A stretch of 64,000 bases of DNA from an uncultured delta proteobacterium. GTDB taxonomy: Bacteria > Myxococcota_A > Polyangia > Polyangiales > Polyangiaceae. A model generated the notes under the pieces. The model was not told the DNA's origin. It was given only the letters and a program-made list of their open reading frames with translations, and searched no databases. The translations under genes were made by a program, and so were the position numbers. Of the stretch, positions 50,335 to 60,846 are shown in pieces (position 1 is the first letter of the stretch; every line of letters begins with the position of its first letter). The DNA is taken from positions 1,280,001 to 1,344,000 of the forward strand of contig CAVOKF010000007.1 of assembly GCA_963696385.1 (NCBI GenBank), written 5' to 3'.

Positions 50335-51317
50335 TTGCGCTTGCCGCGCTTGTAGATCGCCACAATTCGGCCGCGATACACGAATGAATTCGCCAGCCAT
50401 TCGATGTCGAGATCGACCGTCTGGGCCGGAAGCAGGTCCCAGTTCAACTTCTGGCCGAGCAACTTGGGGATGGATTTGCCGGCGCTGTCGAAAGCTGCCC
50501 GAATGGTGGGTCGAATGTTTTTGGTTCCGCGGACGATGAAGGCGCCGCCCGCTTGGTCGACGTCGAAAAAGAATTTTCGCTCCTCGTACCCTCGGTCGGC
50601 CAGAAAGAGCCGCTCGCGAAGACTCGCGGCCTCGGGACGGTAGGTTCGCTCGGTCTCCTTGTCGGCCGCCAGGGCGACGATGCGCACATCGTCTTGGAGC
50701 AGACTCATCGTGACGTGCAGTTCCACGGCGGCTGGCGAGATTTTCGTAAAGCGGCCCGGCCATGTGCCTTTCAAGTCGTCCTTGAGCGCGAACGACGTCC
50801 CGTCGTGAATGACGATGTCCCGAAAGGTCGACAGTTTGGGGGACACGGCGTGCAGAACCGGCTGGCTCATCTTCTGTACCGTCGCTTCCAGCAGCATCCG
50901 AAACATCTCTGGAAAGGACGCTTGCGCGAGCCGGTTGTGAAAGGGCTTATATCGCAGCGAAAGGCCCGCGAATTTCCGGAACGTCCGCAGAATATCGGCC
51001 AACCACTTGGCGTGGCCCGACCCGAGCGTCGACAGCACCGCCACGACCATCGCCAGCGGCATCACCTTGCGCACGCGCCGTAGCCAGCCGCTACGTCTCG
51101 CGATCGCGGTCACCTGCTCCTCGCCGAGTACTTCCGTAAGCCGTTTCGCATACACGCCGACTCCGGCGCGTGTACTGTTTAATCCGTGCATCGGGGGTCT
51201 CCTTTCGCGTTGTCTCACAACAGCGTCTAGAGAATCCCCGATGCCTTTGACTATCCAATTCGTGCACTATGCACGTAAGTGATCGAGATCACTCGGGAAA
51301 TAAAGATCCTACCTATG
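50335..51317 (-). mobile_element. IS4-family element, second copy, inverted and 3'-truncated
   Basis: Near-identical to 43908-44891 including the left end; stops after YKRGKR, lacks YREK and the right IR. Confidence 0.95.
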
Positions 51318-51382
51318 AGAGCACGCTACGAGCGAGCAAATCGCCTCAACCGCCGACACAAAGGCCGGCAGGCACGAGCTTC

Positions 51383-52378
51383 TCAGCGCGTGACTTTCCG
51401 AGTTGGGCGACGTCGCATCCTACGCAGACCTCCGGCCGCCGAGGCCAAACCAAGCACGGCCAAATTGGGCGAGCACGCGCTCGGGCGAGGCATTCCGATC
51501 GCGCACCCAGCACTCGAGCTGGTCGGCGGTGCGGCCGCGGGCGAACTGACGCTGCCCGCGTTGGTCCCATTGACGGCCTGCCCGGACATTACGGGTGTTG
51601 GACCGGGATTTTCGACTCCGGAACCGCCGCCGGCGGGGACGCTGCCGCCGGGGAATTCGCCCGAACACCCCAGGGTTCCGCCGATCGCAAATGCGCCTTG
51701 AAACGCAAAATCCGAGTTTGGTGGCGTGCAGGACATGGTGCTGCATGCGGCCGTCACCATTCCGTTGCCGTCTGGAGGGCACAGGCAGCTCCAGTTCGGA
51801 AGACAATCCGATCCCGTTTTGCACGCCGGCATCTGATTTTGCTGACACGCGCCCGCAATCCCCCAACACAGGCAGGTACTGCCCGCCTCGCAGAGCGATG
51901 GGGAAGACGGACATTCAGCCTGGTTTGCGTTGGTGCAGGGCGGCTGTGGGGGCTGCGCCGACGCGCAAGGTACGCTCACCGCTCCGGCGTCGGCGGGCAC
52001 GTCCGTGTCCGTGCCCGAGCAATCGCAAGCTTCACTGGCAACGACGCACTGAAAGCCGTTGCCGCAATCGCTGTCGACGGAGCAGGGCGCTTGCCATTGA
52101 GGTACGCAGGCATTTCCGGGGATGAGTGATGCGTCCGGACCCGGTACGCAATGAATATTTAGAAAACAAGCGAAGCCAGGGGAGCAGTCGGAGTTGCTCT
52201 GGCATCCCTTTGATGTGCAGGTCTGACCCCCGTCTTGAGCGGTGCCCGTACACTGAAACCCGAGCGGACAGTCCCCGTCCGTGACGCAAGGGCTGGCACC
52301 GGCATCGCGCGCCGACGCGATTGCGACGCCAAACAGCATGGCCGCAACAACGCGGACGGGCGGCAAATTAAAGCGCAT
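51383..52378 (-). CDS. Cys-rich secreted protein with MYXO-CTERM-like anchor
   Basis: Signal peptide; repeated CxxDxDCxxGFxC modules; SSSAGCAIG..LAVLGLA..RRMRRR tail. Confidence 0.85.
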   Translation of the reverse strand: MRFNLPPVRVVAAMLFGVAIASARDAGASPCVTDGDCPLGFQCTGTAQDGGQTCTSKGCQSNSDCSPGFACFLNIHCVPGPDASLIPGNACVPQWQAPCSVDSDCGNGFQCVVASEACDCSGTDTDVPADAGAVSVPCASAQPPQPPCTNANQAECPSSPSLCEAGSTCLCWGIAGACQQNQMPACKTGSDCLPNWSCLCPPDGNGMVTAACSTMSCTPPNSDFAFQGAFAIGGTLGCSGEFPGGSVPAGGGSGVENPGPTPVMSGQAVNGTNAGSVSSPAAAPPTSSSAGCAIGMPRPSACSPNLAVLGLASAAGGLRRMRRRPTRKVTR

Positions 52379-52734
52379 GGGCGATTCCGGTTACGAAGTC
52401 TGCAGTGTCGAGCAACAAGTGTACCTCACGACGGGGGCCATGGCCGGCCACTTCAGTTCGGGGCTGGCCGGCGATGCCTTGTGCGGCCAATTTGGCGCGG
52501 CCAAGACGGCCACCACGCGGGCTCCCGACTGGAAGACCCGGCGGTCGCGACTTTCTGATCGCGAGTGGCCCACTTCGACACGCGCGGCGACGCAATCGCT
52601 TTGGGTTGGCTCGCCCCATGCGCCGAATAATGGAGCGGTTTTCGGGAGGACCGGCGTCGCGCCGGACCGGGCGGGCGTTGCGTGCGACCGCAGCGTCGGC
52701 TTCTCCAAAGGGACAACCCGCCGGTCGGTTGGTA

Positions 52735-53340
52735 GTGGTAAGGTCGTCGATCATGCCGAACAACGAAGCTCGACGAGGCACTGGGATAAACTTCCCCTTC
52801 GCGAACTCGATCACCTGCTTGCAGACCACGAGACCGCCGAAGCGATCGTCCCCCTTCTTTCCGCTATCGGCGAATCCGGGTGGGACGTTCTTGTTGTAGC
52901 GCTCTTCACCTCCCTCGAAAAGCGCAGCAAGTTGGCCGTCGGCCCAGACTTTGCCGACCTTCCCATCGTAGATGGTCGGCGATCTTCTCGACCCACGCCA
53001 GCTCTTCGGCAGACTTGTACTTGGCTTGCGCTTCACGGAGGACCTTCTCGACATTCTTGAGCGGCTTGCCAATTCGGGCGCGCTGCTCGGCCGCTCTGAG
53101 CTCCCGTGCGTCTTCGAGTTGACGGGTGAGCCGTCGCAGAGCCGCCACGGGCTCAAAGCGGACCTCGTACAAATGCCGGTGGTACTCACGGGCCACCTGC
53201 TGCGGTATCCACAAGCGATCCTTCACGGAGGCCTGGGATAAGAACTTGTGGAGCGCTTTGCGTGTCTCCGGCAGCTGCGAAACGGAGTGGACGCCGGGAG
53301 TGTCGAGAGCTGTGTTGGCTACTTCCCTCCTCCGCCGCAC
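52735..53340 (-). pseudogene. PIN-like domain protein (PIN_8/DUF4935 type), frameshifted and truncated
   Basis: RLWIPQQVAREY; then EGGEERYNKNVPPGFAD..K..FGGLVVCKQVIE in a second frame. Confidence 0.7.
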
Positions 53341-53466
53341 GATCGCTCAGGAGTCGCTGGCGAACAAGCCTTGATGATCGCCCTCGGATCGGCTCGGATC
53401 GCGCCGTACTCCGCGTCCCCGTCTCCCGGCTTGCGGCCAGGGTCGCCGATTCTGGCAGCCCGGGCG

Positions 53467-53916
53467 ATGAGGGCGCTCCGCCAAGCGTGCCGTCCTTCGG
53501 GCGTCGCGCGCGGATTCATCGCCGACCTGACCCGCTCCCGCGCCGAGCTCATCGCCGAGAACGCGCTCCTTCGGCAGCAGCTCATCGTCGCCTCGCGCGC
53601 CGTCAAACGCCCGGCCTTTCGCGTCCACGAGCGAGGCCTGCTCGTGCTGCTCGCGAGCCTATATCGCGGGTGGCGCCAGGCCCTGCTCCTGGTCAAGCCC
53701 AAGACGGTCCTGCGATGGCACAGGGAAGGATTCCGAGTGTTCTGGCGGCGGGCATCGCGCCAGCACGGTCCACGCGAACCGCGCGTCGCGCCGGAGGTTG
53801 TCGCCCTCATCCACCGCATGGCGACCGACAACCGGCTCTGGGGAGCCGAGCGGATTCGAGGCGAGCTCTTGAAGCTCGGCGTCCGCATCGCGAAGCGCAC
53901 AGTTCAACGGTATATG
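53467..53916 (+). mobile_element. Integrase-core transposase (IS3/IS481-like), N-terminal remnant
   Basis: RSRAELIAENALLRQQL, VKPKTVLRWHR.GF, MATDNRLWGAERIRGELLKLG..TVQRYM; catalytic core missing. Confidence 0.8.
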
Positions 53917-54245
53917 CTCGTCTGGTCGAGACCGACGACAGGCTGGGCAAGCACACGCGCGAGCAGAGCGTCGCGGGAGGCTTTCTCGAGGCGTCGTCCC
54001 AGTACGTGCAGTTGGTCCCAAAGCGTCTGCGTTGTGACGTCGAGTCCGTGCCGCCGCAGGATGCGCTCTTGCCGCGCGAGCGGGATGTGATCGAGGTACT
54101 TGTCGATGTCAACCTAGATCGCGAAGTCGAGCGAGTAACGTCCGCCGGGGACGGCGCGCTCGGGGCCCGGCGCGGTCTCGACGCATCCGCCGCACTTGCA
54201 CGCGTACTTCTGCTGCTTGACCTGGACGACGCGGTGAGAAACGAT
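53917..54245 (-). mobile_element. IS66 TnpC transposase remnant
   Basis: QQKYACKCGGC..PGGRYS..*VDIDKYLDHIPLARQERI..TQTLWDQ..VVGLDQT. Confidence 0.85.
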
Positions 54246-54587
54246 CCGCGATCGGCCTTCACCTGGCCGGCCGACGTTCGCGTGTACTGTCCGGTCAGAG
54301 CGCCGCTCTTGAGGGGCGACCACGGCGTGATCCCGAGCCCGAGGTGCCACGTACTCCGCGCAAACCCTGGTGCTCGCACTCGGCTTGGCACGATCTGGAC
54401 GACCAGGCTAGGGGTGAGGCTTACGAGGCAGCGCCCGCGCTGCAATCCATCGGGGCGGCGCTGGACCCCGGGGGGCTCATCATGACAGCTCGGGCCGCGC
54501 TCCGGCGCATTCATAGGGGTGACGTGATCCCTTTTGGCAGAGGGCGACCGCAGAGGGCGCGGATGAGGTATGGAACCTAGATAGGCC

Positions 54588-54872
54588 ATGGCGACCGTCG
54601 TCGTAGGCGACTTCGAGTGGGACGAGAAAAAGGCGGCTGCGAACGAGCGCAAGCACGGGGTAACCTTCGTTGAGGCCATTACTGCATTCCTCGACGAACG
54701 CGGGATAGCAGCGCCCGACTGTGACCACCCGGGCCGGTTCGTTCTGATTGGGATGTCGCGCGCGCTTCGCGTACTCTTCGTGGTGTCCGCAGAGTCCGGG
54801 GAGCGCGTCCGGCTCATCAGCGCACGCAAGGCCTCCCCCACCCAGCGCAAGATGTACGAAAATGGCCCGTAA
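54588..54872 (+). CDS. brnT: BrnT family toxin
   Basis: FEWDEKKAAANERKHGVTF.EA..F.D, RFVLIGMS, RLISARKA. Confidence 0.95.
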   Translation: MATVVVGDFEWDEKKAAANERKHGVTFVEAITAFLDERGIAAPDCDHPGRFVLIGMSRALRVLFVVSAESGERVRLISARKASPTQRKMYENGP

Positions 54873-55074
54873 GAGCGAGACCGATCTGAGCCGCTACGAC
54901 TGGACTCGAGCCACGCGTGGCAAGTACGTCGAGAAGGCGCGCCGTTCACTCGAGGTCATCGTGATCGACAAGAAGAGCGCCAAGGCCCTGGGCGGGCCCG
55001 AGGCGATTCGACGCATCCTTCAGGCGCTGGCCGAGTCCATTGAGCCGCGGCGCAAGAAGCGACGTGCTGCCTAG
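54862..55074 (+). CDS. Cognate antitoxin (BrnA-like)
   Basis: Overlaps brnT end; YDWTRATRGKY motif; 70 aa. Confidence 0.75.
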   Translation: MARKSETDLSRYDWTRATRGKYVEKARRSLEVIVIDKKSAKALGGPEAIRRILQALAESIEPRRKKRRAA

Positions 55075-55079
55075 GCGCC

Positions 55080-55290
55080 CACGGTGCGCGCCCAGGCATC
55101 GGTCGACAAGGAAAACGACCTCGTCACGCGGCACGTGCCGTGCGCTGCTCCCACCTTGAGCCTGCTGAATTTTGGCTTCGTCGAGTTCGAAGTCGCGCGC
55201 GAGAACGTCGATGTCGTCGCCTTCCGCGAACCGATCGGCAATCGCTTGGGTCGGGATTCCTGTCCCGACGAGGACGCGCGGAAGCCCGAT
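55080..55290 (-). pseudogene. DUF433 antitoxin C-terminus + VapC45-like PIN N-terminus, relic
   Basis: VLVGTGIPTQAIADRFAEGDDIDVLARDFEL followed by VVFLVDRCLG. Confidence 0.7.
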
Positions 55291-55415
55291 TTCAGGTGGC
55301 CATCCTTGGGAAGCCGTTGAGGCGATGGCGTCGAGTCGCGCCGCTGGTCTGCGCGCCGCTCGGCGTGGAGTGCGGTGACGTTGAGCGTCGGTCCGTTGCT
55401 GTAGACTCGTCGCCC

Positions 55416-55883
55416 ATGAGGAAGATCGATATCGAGCAAGCGCCCACCCGTTTCGGCACCATGTACCCCGAGCCCTATGACGTGCCCTGCCGCCATCGCA
55501 AGCGCTGGCGCCTCGGCGCGGCCGCCGGTCTCACTGGGTTTGGTGTGAACTTGTGCCGCCTTCCGCCTGGGACATGGTCCAGTCAGCGGCACTGGCACAG
55601 CAACGACGACGAGTTCATCTACGTCGTCGATGGCGAAGTGGTTCTGGTCACCGATGTGGGAGACGAGATGCTCAAGGCAGGTGATTGTGTTGGTTTCAAG
55701 GCCGGTGAAGCGGATGGGCATCACCTGCAGAATCGCTCCGACCACGAAGCCCTTGTGCTTGAAGTCGGGACCAACAACTCCGGCGGCATCGCAGAGTACC
55801 CGGACATCGACCTTCGGGTCGTCGCGTCGGGTTACGTCCACAAGGACGGGCGTCCCTACCCTACGGCGCCGCGCCGGACTTGA
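55416..55883 (+). CDS. Cupin domain protein
   Basis: YPEPY, LG.AAGLT.FGVNL..LPPG.WSSQRHWH..DEF.YV, GHHLQN, YPDIDL. Confidence 0.95.
   Translation: MRKIDIEQAPTRFGTMYPEPYDVPCRHRKRWRLGAAAGLTGFGVNLCRLPPGTWSSQRHWHSNDDEFIYVVDGEVVLVTDVGDEMLKAGDCVGFKAGEADGHHLQNRSDHEALVLEVGTNNSGGIAEYPDIDLRVVASGYVHKDGRPYPTAPRRT
55631..55810 (+). repeat. 180-bp segment duplicated at 59798-59976
   Basis: Direct comparison: one substitution and one 1-bp indel. Confidence 0.95.
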
Positions 55884-55994
55884 CCGGGCCGCTTGCACGT
55901 TTTCGCAAGGCGCGAGACCGCCTGGCAAGGACAAACGTGAGGAGCTACGCCGCGCGTGGACGGTTTGCCAAGGGCGCGCGCGTCCACTTTGCCA

Positions 55995-56170
<176 letters not shown>

Positions 56171-56271
56171 GCTTTCGCTCGGACAATCACGGCTCGCGCT
56201 CTGCGACCACGGACACAAGAGCTTGGCCCGGGCCGGTAGCAGCACGATACGCTCTTCGACGTGCAGACCTC

Positions 56272-56849
56272 GTGTCTCTGGGCTTGCTGCTCGCGGCGGC
56301 GGTCGTCATCGTCGTTCAATCCTGGCGGCTCCGGTGCAAACGCGAGATCGCGCGGGCCAACCATGCAGCTGCGATACGCGAAGAGAACCGTCGGGCCACC
56401 GCGCACGCCCGCACCCTTCGCGCCGTCAACGGCGAACAGGGCGCTTTCGCACTCTTTGAACGCGCGGCTACGAGGTCCTCGAGCGCCAAGTTCGCGGTTC
56501 CTGGACGTTGCTCGCCGACGGCGAGCCGGTCGCGTTCGGTTTGCGCGCCGATTATCTCGTCGCCCGCGACGGGCGACGCTACATCGCCGAAGTGAAGACG
56601 GGGCGGGTGGCTCCCCGCCTTGCCCACGGTCCCACGCGAAGACAGCTCCAGGAATACAGCGCGGCGTTCGACGTTCACGGCGTGATTCTCGTTGACGCGG
56701 ACGCGGAGGCCCTGACGCATATCGATCTCGATTGGTTTGCTCGCAAACCACCTCGTATCGATGGCCGTATCAGCATGCGACTCGTGGCCTTGGTGGCCGC
56801 GGTCTCCCTTTCCATCGGGGTCATCGTGGGCACCGCGATGCATATGTAA
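56272..56849 (+). pseudogene. Membrane-anchored PD-(D/E)xK nuclease-fold protein, frameshift near 56465
   Basis: N-terminal TM; GE..A..L / GYEVLERQ, RADYLV..YIAEVKTG, TRRQLQEY; C-terminal TM. Confidence 0.7.
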
Positions 56850-56941
56850 CGGCGGCGGCGACACCGTGAATGGATGCGGCGGCCACTCAACCCATCGTAT
56901 GCATTACGATTTCCATGGACGATTGCGCGTCGGTCCCTGGC

Positions 56942-56974
56942 ACCGTATCTTTTATTCGGGAAATAAAAGACGGT
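56942..56974. promoter_or_regulatory. Inverted repeat, candidate AbiEi operator
   Basis: ACCG(TA)TCTTTTATT-CGGGA-AATAAAAGACGGT directly before the ATG at 56976. Confidence 0.6.
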
Positions 56975-56975
56975 C

Positions 56976-57548
56976 ATGACCCTCGCAGCGAAGCCCGATC
57001 TCGCCCCCGGCCGCGTCTACCGGACGCGCGACCTGAGCCGTTGGAGCGCGAATCCGCCTCGCCTCGTGAAGCGTCTCGTGCGGTCCGGCGAACTCGTGCC
57101 GCTGGCTCACGGCCTCTTCGCGCACCCGAAGCGCGGTCGCTTCGGGATCGTCCCGCCCGGCGACGAGGAGATGCTGCGCGCGTTCCTCGACGACACGCCG
57201 TTCGTTCTCACGGGGCCCGACCGCTGGAACGCTCTCGGCCTGGGCACGACGGCAGTCTTCGCGGAGCGCCTAGTCTACAACCAAAAGCGGTCCGGCCGCT
57301 TCGTGCTCGGCGGTCGCGCGTTCCAACTGCGCCGCGTGGCGTTTCCGGAGACGCCGACGCCCGAGTGGTATGCCGTCGACCTCCTCGACCACGCCGACCA
57401 GGCGGGCGCGGCGCGCTCGGACATCGTGAACGCACTCGCTCGCGCGCTCGCGGTGGGACGCCTCGACCGCGACCGGCTGCGGACGATGGCGGCGCGCTAT
57501 GCGACGCGAGCGACCCGCGAACTGCTCGACGCGGCGACGGTGGCGTAG
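56976..57548 (+). CDS. Type IV TA antitoxin, AbiEi-like
   Basis: PGRVYRTRDL wHTH, LAHGLF..PK..RFG..PP, NALGLGTT, VYNQKRSG; upstream of AbiEii. Confidence 0.8.
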   Translation: MTLAAKPDLAPGRVYRTRDLSRWSANPPRLVKRLVRSGELVPLAHGLFAHPKRGRFGIVPPGDEEMLRAFLDDTPFVLTGPDRWNALGLGTTAVFAERLVYNQKRSGRFVLGGRAFQLRRVAFPETPTPEWYAVDLLDHADQAGAARSDIVNALARALAVGRLDRDRLRTMAARYATRATRELLDAATVA

Positions 57549-57553
57549 GGCGG

Positions 57554-58501
57554 ATGACGTTCGTCCACGAGGACGCCGAGTTCGAGGATCTCTTGCGCAT
57601 CGTCGCCAACGGTCGGCGCCTATCGCTCGGCCTCGTCGAGAAGGACTATTGGGTGACCCACACCCTCTGGGCCCTTCACGCGCAAGGCTTCGACGTCTGG
57701 TTCAAGGGAGGGACGTCCCTGTCGAAGGGCTTCGGGCTCATCGAGCGCTTCTCGGAGGACTTGGACCTGAAGGTGGAGCCGGGCCGCGTGACCAACGTGC
57801 CCGCCGTTACAACCTGGAAGAGTGAGGGCAAGAAGGCGATCGCCGAGCGCAGGAACTACTTCGAGCGGCTTCGTTCGACGCTCACGGTGCCGAACGCTTC
57901 ACTGTCACTCGAGCCCGTCGACGAGTCCTGGCGAGGAGCGAACATCCAGGTCACTTATCCGAGCAAGCACCTTGCGGATCTCTCGGGAGTTCTTCGCCCC
58001 TTCGTCCTTCTCGAAGTGGGGAGTGCCCGCGTGACGCCGGCGATCCTGCGGGACCTGACCTCGTTCGTTCACGTGCACCTCGCAGGGGTCGGGAAGCTGG
58101 CAGAGTTCGACCTGAACCTGCCCACCTCGGTGAGGTGCGTGCATCCGCTCGTAACGTTGCTCGAGAAGCTCGATGCCCTCCACAGGCGAGCGCTCAACCC
58201 GACGGTGGAGCCTGCGACGATCGTCAGACACTTCGAGGACGCGGCCCGCGTGATCGCCGCCGAGAAGGACTTGCCCGCTTTGACTGACTACGTGAACATT
58301 CGCGCGCTTGCTACGGAGATGTTGGGGCAGAAGCAGCTCGCGTCGCTTCCGCACCGCTCCGATCCTGCGTTTGCGCCTGACGATGGTGACAGATGGAACG
58401 CCATCCGCCGTGCGCACGGCGCCATTGCGCCGATGTTTTGGGGAGCCCGCACCCCGATCGAGGAGGCCTGCAAGGCCATCCGTGGGTGGATTGGCGAGTA
58501 G
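57554..58501 (+). CDS. abiEii: Type IV TA toxin, AbiEii/AbiGii nucleotidyltransferase
   Basis: LVEKDYWV, FKGGTSLSKGFGLIERFSEDLDL, LLEVG, TLLEKL, RHFED. Confidence 0.92.
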   Translation: MTFVHEDAEFEDLLRIVANGRRLSLGLVEKDYWVTHTLWALHAQGFDVWFKGGTSLSKGFGLIERFSEDLDLKVEPGRVTNVPAVTTWKSEGKKAIAERRNYFERLRSTLTVPNASLSLEPVDESWRGANIQVTYPSKHLADLSGVLRPFVLLEVGSARVTPAILRDLTSFVHVHLAGVGKLAEFDLNLPTSVRCVHPLVTLLEKLDALHRRALNPTVEPATIVRHFEDAARVIAAEKDLPALTDYVNIRALATEMLGQKQLASLPHRSDPAFAPDDGDRWNAIRRAHGAIAPMFWGARTPIEEACKAIRGWIGE

Positions 58502-59234
58502 TAGCTTCCAGCACCAAGACCGCAGCCGTAGTCGCCGGCATCCGCGTGTGGAATCCGGCCGCCTTCATTACCCCTCCCGAGCAATATCCCGTAAGCCGAG
58601 AGCAATCGCAACTGCGGGCGCGTGGGCGGCTCGAGAGCCGATCGCGACTCGTCGCTCGTCTTCAGGTTGCCTCCTTCCCGGATGAACCCGTGGATACCGG
58701 TGATGCCGACCGTCCAGGGTACCACGACGTAGCGTCCGGCGCGTCGAGCACGTATTTCATCGGCGCCCGCGCACCCGATCCTCGACGGCCGGGAACTGCG
58801 GATCGCCGCACCTCTTCGCGTGCGCGAAAAGAACGTACGAAACCGGGTCGTCGGTCATGGCGTTCGCTCGACGGCTTCTGGGGATCGCAAACTTCAAACG
58901 GTGCGATCGCGGCTGACGGTGTTGCCGTGGCCCACGATCCCTTCGTTGCCGCGATGAGGTGACCGGCCTTGGCTGCGCGGCCGGCGGGCGATGTGGTCGA
59001 TTCGCCCCGATTCAAGCCGAACAGGCGCGCGGTCCGTCGCGCCGCAGGGGTGGGCGACGAAGGCCCGGTCGTTGGGTCTGCGGCCGGGCGCATCGAGCTC
59101 TCGACGAGGAGCCCGACCTGCACGTCGGTGCTCAACGGTGTACGAGGCCACGATTCGGGCCGGTGTTTCCTTCAGCGGCGGCGGTTCAGACCGAGGGGTC
59201 GGGCGTCCAAGCGAGTCACCGCCGAGCGTCGAGG

Positions 59235-59293
59235 TTGACGAGTCGAGCGGAGGGCTCATATCATATTATCGACATATCGATAATATTATCGAT
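59235..59293 (+). promoter_or_regulatory. Sigma-70-like promoter with overlapping palindromic operators
   Basis: TTGACG-N18-TATCAT; IR ATATTATCGA-CATA-TCGATAATAT (59263-59286); perfect 18-bp palindrome ATCGATAATATTATCGAT (59276-59293). Confidence 0.7.
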
Positions 59294-59301
59294 TATCCGA
59301 T

Positions 59302-59797
59302 ATGAACAACGACAAGAGCGCGCAAGAATTAGAGAAAGGTAGGCTCATCGTCGCCCGGAAGGTCCAGGAGCTACGAAAGCAGCGCCGCTGGACCCAGGTG
59401 GAGCTCGCTCGCCGGCTTCACCTTTCGCAGAGCCGCCTCAGCGAGATCGAGCGCGGAGCCGGCTCCTTCACAGCCGAGCAATTTCTTGAAATCCTGAAGC
59501 TTTTCAATGTCGCAGCCAGCGACTTTGCTCCCACTCGGTCGAGTGCCAGCTCCGAACTCCAGAACGCCCTCGCCCGATTCGGCGCTCTGCACCTTCACGA
59601 GAGCACAGAGGTTCTTCCGAGCGAGCGGCTGAGCACCGCGAGCGACGTCATCCGAGAAGCCATCGTCGCCTCCGAATTCCCGCGCCTCATCACGGCGCTC
59701 GCTCCCGTCCTGATCCGCAACGTCGACCACATCAACTTGAGGGGGCTTCAATTGCAGCTTACCGCCGTGGGGCTCGAGCGAAGACTCGCATGGCTGG
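59302..59797 (+). pseudogene. XRE-family HTH regulator, 3' end replaced by duplicated cupin DNA
   Basis: LRKQRRWTQVELARRLHLSQSRLSEIERG; runs into the duplicated segment after RRLAWLV. Confidence 0.85.
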
Positions 59798-59976
59798 TGG
59801 CGAAGTGGTTCTGGTCACCGATGCGGGAGACGAGATGCTCAAGGCAGGTGATTGTGTTGGTTTCAAGGCCGGTGAAGCGGATGGGCATCACCTGCAGAAT
59901 CGCTCCGACCACGAAGCCCTTGTGCTTGAAGTCGGGACCAACACTCCGGCGGCATCGCAGAGTACCCGGACATCGA
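59798..59976 (+). repeat. Second copy of the cupin internal segment
   Basis: Matches 55631-55810. Confidence 0.95.
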
Positions 59977-60097
59977 TGAGCGCGGCCATCGTCTCCGATG
60001 GGAAAAAGGCTTCTTTTGGTCACGCATTTCGATGGAGTGGGGGTGTGGTCCATCGCCCTTCGTGAGCGGAACGTTGGCGGAGTGAGCGAAGCGAGGG

Positions 60098-60539
60098 TCA
60101 GAGCGAGTCAGCGAGCCGTTGCTGCTTTTCTGCTTGCTCGCGATAATAGTCCTGGTCTTCGTAATCGTCTTTTCGAGTTGGATCGGTGACGAAGGCGAAG
60201 GCTTGGCGGTAGAGGTCGGCCGCGAGGGCGTGATGGCCCAACTTGGCGTGGACCATGGCGGACCGCTCGAGCCCGTCGACAACCTCGGGGAACTCGGCGA
60301 GGAGCCGGGCGCAGGCCGCGAGCGCCTCGTCCAAGCGCCCGGCGTTGGCCAAGTCGACGGCGGAGTGGACAGCTCCGTCAGGCCGTCATCGTCTATCGCA
60401 TCGTCCATGGTGAGCAGCGAGGCGAGTGCATGGGCGAACGCGGCCCCGCCCGAGTCCTGGGGAGCACGAGCCCTGATCGGCTCACGAACCTTGGGCGGCA
60501 GGGAGGTCTTGCGTTGCTGGGTGGCAAGCGCCTGGTGAG
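60098..60539 (-). pseudogene. TPR-like protein, frameshifted and 5'-truncated
   Basis: DDDGLTELS / AVDLANAGRLDEA..LL.EFPEVVDGLER.AMVH..G....AADLYRQA; 5' end abuts the proposed IS21 end. Confidence 0.65.
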
Positions 60540-60846
60540 TGTAGAGCGACGCGAAGAACCGCCTGATCCGGGACGCGTCAGGGCGTAGGACGCCCGAGCA
60601 TTCGTTCAGGACGGGTCGCAAAGGCCATCCTCTTGCGTGAGAGCCGGCGGGAAGGGTCCCCGCTCGTGTCGGCGCGCGTGCTGGCGTAGAAGGCGCGACG
60701 AAATGGACGCACAAAAGAGTGAAGGCCCAGGGCGGCAACCCCGAGCCTTCGGCCCAGACGCGGACGCGGCTCTGGACGCCGCGGACGGTGCCTGAGAGCA
60801 AGCGCCGGGTCAACCCGTGCGCATCACGCGTCCGTGGAATGGACGC

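Noticed and set aside
43908..51317. Composite transposon that inserted as one unit
   Set aside because: Copy 1 carries its own target duplication on both sides, and the outer flanks (AGCTGCCGCT vs AGAGCACGCT) do not match
58502..59230. Several 120-190-aa ORFs between AbiEii and the XRE gene
   Set aside because: No recognisable motif or consistent frame; probably degraded sequence
60600..60760. c-di-GMP-I riboswitch in the IS21 leader
   Set aside because: Has GCAAA/GCAA loops, but I cannot place the conserved two-stem tetraloop/receptor arrangement; needs an Rfam scan
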